A stretch of DNA of 64,000 nucleotides, taken from Gemmatimonadales bacterium (lineage in GTDB: Bacteria > Gemmatimonadota > Gemmatimonadetes > Gemmatimonadales > Gemmatimonadaceae). The position numbers and the translations under genes were made by a program. Numbering within the stretch: the stretch's first letter is position 1; every line of letters begins with the position of its first letter. A model generated the notes under the pieces. The model ran no database searches, was not told the DNA's origin, and saw nothing but the letters and a program-made list of their open reading frames with translations. The stretch lies in the NCBI GenBank assembly GCA_038316775.1, contig JBBQAV010000005.1, forward strand, positions 598 through 64,597, read 5' to 3'. Shown in pieces: positions 58,383 to 64,000 of the stretch.

Positions 58383-59431
58383 CAGTCCGGAATCCGCACC
58401 ACGATCTTGCCAAACTGCTGCCCGCTCTGGAGCCGCTCGAATGCCTGGCGTCCCTGCTGGATGTCGAACACAGAGTCCACGAGCGGACTCAGGCGTCCGG
58501 CGCGAAACTCGTTGGTGACCGCGTCGAATTCCGCGTCGTTCCCCATCGTCGAGCCCATGATGTCCCACTGATTCCAGAAAAGGCGCCGGACATCCATCTG
58601 AACTACCGGGCCAGACGTCGCGCCGCACGTCACAAGCCGGCCACGCCTGCCGAGCGCGCCGAGTGACTGCGCCCAGGATGCTTCGCCGACGGTATCGAAC
58701 ACGACATCGACGCCGCGCTTTCCGGTGCGGGCTCTGATCTCCTTCCCCACGTCCGTCGTCGCGTAGTTGATCACGTGCTCGGCGCCCAGCCCACGGGCGA
58801 GGGCGAGCTTCTCGTCGCTGTGCGATGTCACCCACGCCGTCGCGCCGATCGACCGCACGATCTCGAGTGCCGCGAGCGCGACACCGCCGCCGATTCCCCA
58901 GATCAGCACGTTGTCGTTTTTCTTGACGCGCGCCCGCGTCATGACCATCCGCCACGCTGTGAGCGTGGAGAGCGTGAACGCCGCGGCCTGCTCGACCGGC
59001 TTGTCCATTGGAATGCTCCGCGCGTTCCGCGACGGAATCACGATGTACTCGGCCAGCGTTCCCGGTACGTGCTCTCCGAGGAGCTTGAAGTTGACGCAGA
59101 GGGATTGCTCCCCGGTCTGGCAGTACTCGCAGGTGTGATCGCTCAGGCCAGGATTGATGATGACGCTATCGCCGATCTTGAGCTTGTTGTCCGAGACACC
59201 GCTGATGTCTCCGATGGCGTCGACCACCCCCGTGGCGTCAGCGCCAAGGATCCAGAACGGGGCGATCTTCACACCTGGCATTCCTGCGACGACGAACAGG
59301 TCGAGATGGTTCAGCGCCGCGGCTTTGACGCGGACGCGTATCTCGCCCTGCTTTGGTTCCGGTTTCGGCAGATCGGTGCGGTACTCGATCTGGTCGAGTC
59401 CGCCGTGCGCCGAGATGGTGAGTCCTCGCAC
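58382..59431 (-). CDS. zinc-binding (MDR family) dehydrogenase/quinone oxidoreductase
   Basis: AAALNHLD, CEYC......C, GIGGGVA, GATSG, GSTMG, QFGKIVV. Confidence 0.9.
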   Translation of the reverse strand: MRGLTISAHGGLDQIEYRTDLPKPEPKQGEIRVRVKAAALNHLDLFVVAGMPGVKIAPFWILGADATGVVDAIGDISGVSDNKLKIGDSVIINPGLSDHTCEYCQTGEQSLCVNFKLLGEHVPGTLAEYIVIPSRNARSIPMDKPVEQAAAFTLSTLTAWRMVMTRARVKKNDNVLIWGIGGGVALAALEIVRSIGATAWVTSHSDEKLALARGLGAEHVINYATTDVGKEIRARTGKRGVDVVFDTVGEASWAQSLGALGRRGRLVTCGATSGPVVQMDVRRLFWNQWDIMGSTMGNDAEFDAVTNEFRAGRLSPLVDSVFDIQQGRQAFERLQSGQQFGKIVVRIPD

Positions 59432-59568
59432 GCGATTATGGGAGCGTTATATTCAGGAGGAACATGGATTTGCGGCCGTCTCGTGGGATTTGCGGCCATG
59501 TTGAAGGGGCTGCGCGCCGCAGCCGCAAGATACCGATTTTGATTTCCATCCGCTCCGGATCAGTCTGA

Positions 59569-60867
59569 ATGCTCCCCATAAAGGTTCCCCCGCTCGGAGA
59601 GTCGATCGTTGAGGCTACGGTCTCGCGTTGGCACAAGAACGAGGGGGATGCCGTTGCCGCCGGCGACACGCTGGTCGAGCTCGATACCGATAAGATCACC
59701 GTCGAAGTGCCCGCTCTCAAAGCCGGTGTGCTGACCAGGCGTGCTGCGGCCGAGGGTGATGTCGTGCACGTGGACGACGTGCTCGGCGAGATAGACGAGA
59801 CGGCGGTTCCGGCGGCAGCTGGCGCAACACAGGCGGCGGCTCCCGCTGCAAAGGCGCCCGCCGCAGCCGCTCCTCCAGCGACCACAGCACCTGCCGCTCC
59901 TCCACCGCGCCGCAGTGCGCCTCAGTCTGTCGCTGCGTCTGGAGACATCAAATCATCACCGGCCGCACGTCGCATCGCTGAAGAGCGTGGGATAGACATC
60001 GCAGCCGTCGCTGGAACTGGTCGGGGTGGCGTTGTGTCGAAGCCGGACGTGCTGGCCGCATCGACGACCGAGCGCGCTCCTGCACCTGCGTCCGCGCCGG
60101 CGCGACCGGCAGCTCCCGCGCCGAGTGCGCCGAGTGCGCCACGCGGCGGGAATGGCGCCTCCGCGCCTGGCGACCGCGAGACGCGCGAGAAGATGTCAAC
60201 GCGACGAAAGCGCATCGCGGAGAACCTGCTGCAGTCCCAGCACGCGACGGCGCACCTGACGACGTTCAATGAAGTCGATATGACGGCGATCAACGCGCTG
60301 CGCGACAAGTACAAGGAGAAGATCGAGAAGGAGCACGGGGTGAAGCTGACCTTCATGCCGTTCTTCGTGAGAGCCGCTTGTCAGGCGCTCAAGCAATTCC
60401 CGACGATCAACGCGCAGGTGGATGGCGACGCCATCATCTACAAGCACTACGTCAACATGGGAATCGCGGTCGCGTCGGAACAGGGACTCGTCGTGCCGAA
60501 CATCAAGGACGCGGATCGCAAGGGAACGATTCAACTGAGCCGCGAGATCGCCGAAGTCGCCAAGCGTGCGCGCGAAGCCAAGCTGACGATGGATGATCTC
60601 ACGGGCGGCACGTTCACGATCACGAATGGCGGCGTGTTCGGCTCATTGGTGTCGACGCCGATCATCAACTACCCGCAGGTCGGAATACTCGGCCTGCACA
60701 AGACGCAGGACCGGCCGGTTGCCATCAACGGGCAGGTCGTCATCCGGCCGATGATGTACCTCGCGCTGTCGTACGACCATCGCATCGTCGAGGGTCAGCA
60801 GGCGGTGCTATTCCTCGTACGCGTCAAGGAGCTCATCGAAGATCCGGCCGCGATGCTTATCGAATAG
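59569..60867 (+). CDS. sucB: 2-oxoglutarate dehydrogenase E2 (dihydrolipoyllysine succinyltransferase)
   Basis: lipoyl motif [12 protein letters not shown]3-binding domain, [33 protein letters not shown]. Confidence 0.93.
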   Translation: MLPIKVPPLGESIVEATVSRWHKNEGDAVAAGDTLVELDTDKITVEVPALKAGVLTRRAAAEGDVVHVDDVLGEIDETAVPAAAGATQAAAPAAKAPAAAAPPATTAPAAPPPRRSAPQSVAASGDIKSSPAARRIAEERGIDIAAVAGTGRGGVVSKPDVLAASTTERAPAPASAPARPAAPAPSAPSAPRGGNGASAPGDRETREKMSTRRKRIAENLLQSQHATAHLTTFNEVDMTAINALRDKYKEKIEKEHGVKLTFMPFFVRAACQALKQFPTINAQVDGDAIIYKHYVNMGIAVASEQGLVVPNIKDADRKGTIQLSREIAEVAKRAREAKLTMDDLTGGTFTITNGGVFGSLVSTPIINYPQVGILGLHKTQDRPVAINGQVVIRPMMYLALSYDHRIVEGQQAVLFLVRVKELIEDPAAMLIE

Positions 60868-62265
60868 ATGATCGACTGCGATGTAGCGATCATCGGCGGC
60901 GGACCCGGTGGATATGTAGCAGCAATACGCGCCGCCCAGCTGGGCCTCAACACAGTTTGCATCGAGATGGACAAGACGCTCGGCGGAACGTGCGTCAACG
61001 TCGGGTGCATTCCGTCCAAGGCGCTGCTCACGTCATCGGAGCACTACGAGTTCGCGCGATTGCACGCGGCCGAGCATGGTGTGACGATCGGCGATGTGAA
61101 GCTGGACCTGGCGACGATGATGAAGCGCAAGGACACCGTCGTCGGCCAGAACACCAAGGGAATCGAGTTCCTCTTCAAGAAGAACAAGATCACGTGGGCC
61201 AAAGGCCGCGGAACTCTGAAATCCGGCAACGTGGTGGATGTCGCCGGCGCCGATGGCAAATCGGAATCGTACCGCGCGAAGAACGTCATTATCGCGACTG
61301 GCTCGGTGCCGGTGGAGCTGCCGTTCCTCAAGTTTGACGAGAAGCGAGTGCTGTCGAACATTGGCGCTTTGAAGATTCCGGAAGTGCCGAAACATCTTCT
61401 CGTGATTGGCGGCGGAGTGATCGGTCTCGAGCTCGGCTCGGTGTGGCGCAGGCTTGGGGCGAAGGTGACGGTCGTCGAGCTAATGCCGACGATACTTCCC
61501 GGCAACGACGAAGAGGTCATCAAGGAAGCCGATAAGGTTTTCCGGAAGCAGGGTCTCGACATCCGCGCGGGAACGAAAGTCACCGGCGCGAAGATCGAGG
61601 CGAATCGGGTGCTGGTGGATGTCGAGAAGGATGGAAAGAAGGAGACACTCGACGCAGACTATGTGCTGGTGTCGGTCGGCCGGAAGCCGGCGATCACCGG
61701 GATCGATGCGAGCGGACTCGGTCTCAGGCTCGGAAAGCGTGGCGAGATTCTCGTCGACAATCAGTTGCGCACCAATCTTCCCAACGTGTACGCGATCGGT
61801 GATGCGGTCGGCGGAAAACTCCTCGCACACAAGGCGGAGGAAGAAGGCGTGATCGCGTGCGAGGTGATTGCCGGCCACAAGGTGCACATGGATTACAAGT
61901 CGATGCCGTCGGTGGTGTACACGTGGCCCGAGATCGCGACGGTGGGATTGGCCGAGCATGAGGTGAAGGAGAGCGGGCGGAAGTACAAGGTGGGAAAGTT
62001 TCCGTTCACGGCGAATGCGCGGGCGCGCACGTCGGGCGAAACCGCGGGCTTCGTGAAGTTCATCGCGGACGCCGAGACCGACGAGCTGCTCGGTGCGCAC
62101 ATGATAGGCGCGAACGTATCGGAGATGATCCAGGAGGCGGTGTTGGCGTTCGAGTTCCGCGGAACGTCCGAGGACATCGGGATCACGGTGCACTCGCATC
62201 CTACTCTCACCGAAGCCGTGAAGCAGGCCGCGCTCGGCGTGCTCGGCAGATCGACGGATATCTAG
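60868..62265 (+). CDS. lpdA: dihydrolipoyl dehydrogenase
   Basis: GGGPGGYVAA, GGTCVNVGCIPSK, LAHKAEEEG, HSHPTLTE. Confidence 0.96.
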   Translation: MIDCDVAIIGGGPGGYVAAIRAAQLGLNTVCIEMDKTLGGTCVNVGCIPSKALLTSSEHYEFARLHAAEHGVTIGDVKLDLATMMKRKDTVVGQNTKGIEFLFKKNKITWAKGRGTLKSGNVVDVAGADGKSESYRAKNVIIATGSVPVELPFLKFDEKRVLSNIGALKIPEVPKHLLVIGGGVIGLELGSVWRRLGAKVTVVELMPTILPGNDEEVIKEADKVFRKQGLDIRAGTKVTGAKIEANRVLVDVEKDGKKETLDADYVLVSVGRKPAITGIDASGLGLRLGKRGEILVDNQLRTNLPNVYAIGDAVGGKLLAHKAEEEGVIACEVIAGHKVHMDYKSMPSVVYTWPEIATVGLAEHEVKESGRKYKVGKFPFTANARARTSGETAGFVKFIADAETDELLGAHMIGANVSEMIQEAVLAFEFRGTSEDIGITVHSHPTLTEAVKQAALGVLGRSTDI

Positions 62266-62277
62266 GCACGCCGGTTA

Positions 62278-62859
62278 ATGAAACAGGTCATCAGGCCGAT
62301 GGTGGCGGCGGATCGCGGCGGCGTATTCAGGATTCTCGAGAACGCGGGGAATTTCACGCCCGAGGAAGTGGGGACGGCGCTCGAGCTGATCGACGAATGG
62401 CTGGATCTCGGCGAGCACAGCGGATATCTCACCTACGTTCTGGAATCCGAGGGCGAAGAGAAGGCGGAAGTACTCGGCTACGTGACGTTTGGTCCGACGC
62501 CGCTGACCGAGTCGACGTTCGATCTGTATTGGATCGCGGTCGACAAGCTGAAGCACCGCGGTGGTGTCGGCAAAAAGCTGATGAAGTTCACTGAAGAAGA
62601 AACGGTGCGTCGCGGCGGGAGGATGCTGTTGATCGAGACGTCGTCACAGGAGACGTACGGCGGGACGATCCAGTTCTACGAGAGGAGTGGGTACGAGCTG
62701 GTCGGGAAGATCAAGGAGTATTACAAGCCTGGCGACGACAAGCTGATTTTTGCGAAGACCCTCGCTCAAAGGGCGCCTGCTGAATCCGTCGTGGCGGGCG
62801 GTGAGATTCGGCAACCGTCTTCGAGAGAGCTAGTGGCGGAGACGACTCAGCCCGGGTGA
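62278..62859 (+). CDS. GNAT family N-acetyltransferase
   Basis: FDLYWIAVD...RGGVGKKL, IETSS...Y..TIQFYE..GY. Confidence 0.88.
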   Translation: MKQVIRPMVAADRGGVFRILENAGNFTPEEVGTALELIDEWLDLGEHSGYLTYVLESEGEEKAEVLGYVTFGPTPLTESTFDLYWIAVDKLKHRGGVGKKLMKFTEEETVRRGGRMLLIETSSQETYGGTIQFYERSGYELVGKIKEYYKPGDDKLIFAKTLAQRAPAESVVAGGEIRQPSSRELVAETTQPG

Positions 62860-62896
62860 TGCTGTAAGGACTGCGCCCGATGTCATTCGATAGGAT

Positions 62897-63715
62897 GTGG
62901 TGGAGTTTCTGTCGGCGCTCGCGATTCGGAGTAAGGTGAGCGCTTCTACGCAGAATCAGGCGCTGGCGGCGATAGCATTTCTATACCGTGAGGTGCTCCG
63001 AACCCCGCTCGAGCAGGTCGAACCCGTTGTTCGTGCGAAGCGGTCCGTTCGACTCCCTGTGGTGCTGACCCGCGAGGAAGTGAGGTTCGTGATCGGACAG
63101 ATGGAGGAGACTCCGCAGCTGGTCGCGATGCTGCTTTATGGATCAGGACTCAGGGTTCTCGAGAGTTTGCAGCTTCGGGTGAAGGATGTCGACTTCGCGG
63201 CACACGAAATCCTCGTTCGTGCTGGCAAGGGAGACAAGGACCGCGTGACGATGCTTCCCGACGGCGTGACGCAGCGGCTGCGCGATCACCTCGCATCGGG
63301 GCGTGCATTGCACGAGCGGGATTTGAAGCGGGGTGGCGGCAGAGCGGAAATACCGAACGCGTTGGCGCGAAAGTATCCGAAGGCATCGACGGAGTGGCGA
63401 TGGCAGTATGTGTTTCCGGCGGCGAGGACCTATGTCGATGTGGTGAGTCGAGAGCTTCGGAGGCATCATTTGCACGTAACGGTGGTTCAGCGTGCGGTGG
63501 CGGAGGCTGTCAGGAAAGTGGGGATCACGAAGCGGGCGACTTGCCACACATTCCGGCATTCCTTTGCGACGCACCTGATCGAGGACGGGTATGATATTCG
63601 GACAGTCCAGGAGCTGCTCGGGCATACTGATGTGCGAACGACGATGATTTACACTCACGTATTGAATCGTGGTGGTCGTGGCGTGCGAAGTTCGATTGAT
63701 GCGTTTCAGCAGTGA
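62897..63715 (+). mobile_element. intI: integron integrase, N-terminally truncated
   Basis: [28 protein letters not shown], IntI-specific insertion ([24 protein letters not shown]), [21 protein letters not shown]; in-frame TAG at 62891. Confidence 0.9.
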
Positions 63716-63891
63716 AGGCAGCGAGGGAATGTTATGCAGCTAGTCTTGCCGCCTATCACCGAGCAGCATTGTGAGCCTGGCAGGTGCAAAGGCGATCGCT
63801 CCATGGAGTTATCGTTCACGACTACTGATCTTAGAGTTGGAAAAGGTTGCGAGCCTCGCAGTCTTTCAATTTCGTTTGCAAGCTAAAAGGC

Positions 63892-63898
63892 GTTAGAT
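63892..63898 (+). mobile_element. candidate integron recombination core (GTTRRRY) downstream of intI
   Basis: GTTAGAT, same core as attC1, followed after 21 nt by an ORF start. Confidence 0.45.
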
Positions 63899-63919
63899 GG
63901 CACTCCTTACTGTGAGTTC

Positions 63920-64000
63920 GTGATCATCCGCCCCTTCCTCGTTGGCCTTGCGATTGGCGTCATCGCCTGTGCTTCAGCCGCGGTCGTGCCTCACCCTGAA
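63920..64000 (+). CDS. start of possible cassette gene encoding an exported protein (3'-partial)
   Basis: GTG start, MIIRPFLVGLAIGVIACASAAVVPHPE, signal-peptide-like. Confidence 0.4.
   Translation, partial: MIIRPFLVGLAIGVIACASAAVVPHPE

Noticed and set aside
59569-62265. sucB-lpdA without sucA
   Set aside because: Split 2-oxoglutarate dehydrogenase operons are common

Overview
High-GC bacterial chromosomal segment, probably Gemmatimonadota (inferred from gene content and family style, not proven). Most of it is housekeeping or metabolic: polX, nth, cyclophilin, a TetR-TolC-EmrAB efflux operon, an ECF sigma cluster, kup, leuS, aspA, a caa3-type oxidase operon, dacB, gyrA, two diguanylate cyclases, amtB-glnK and sucB-lpdA. 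A visibly AT-richer accessory island (~18.2-24.5 kb) lies between a creatininase-family gene and leuS. It holds a DUF3800 gene followed by a convergent ~75-nt structured small RNA candidate with its own promoter and terminator. It also holds a decaying integron cassette array (three attC-like sites; repeat protein, methyltransferase, HEPN pair), an hsdR remnant, and a divergent AAA-DUF4143 ATPase / recombinase core-binding-like gene pair sharing a palindrome. A 5'-truncated integron integrase with a possible downstream att site ends the window. Also noted: two genes that appear to need non-canonical start codons (kup, ATC; GH13, CTG), several sigma54-like promoters, and a dispersed family of heptamer-periodic intergenic repeats. 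All family assignments are by eye from motifs; no searches were run.
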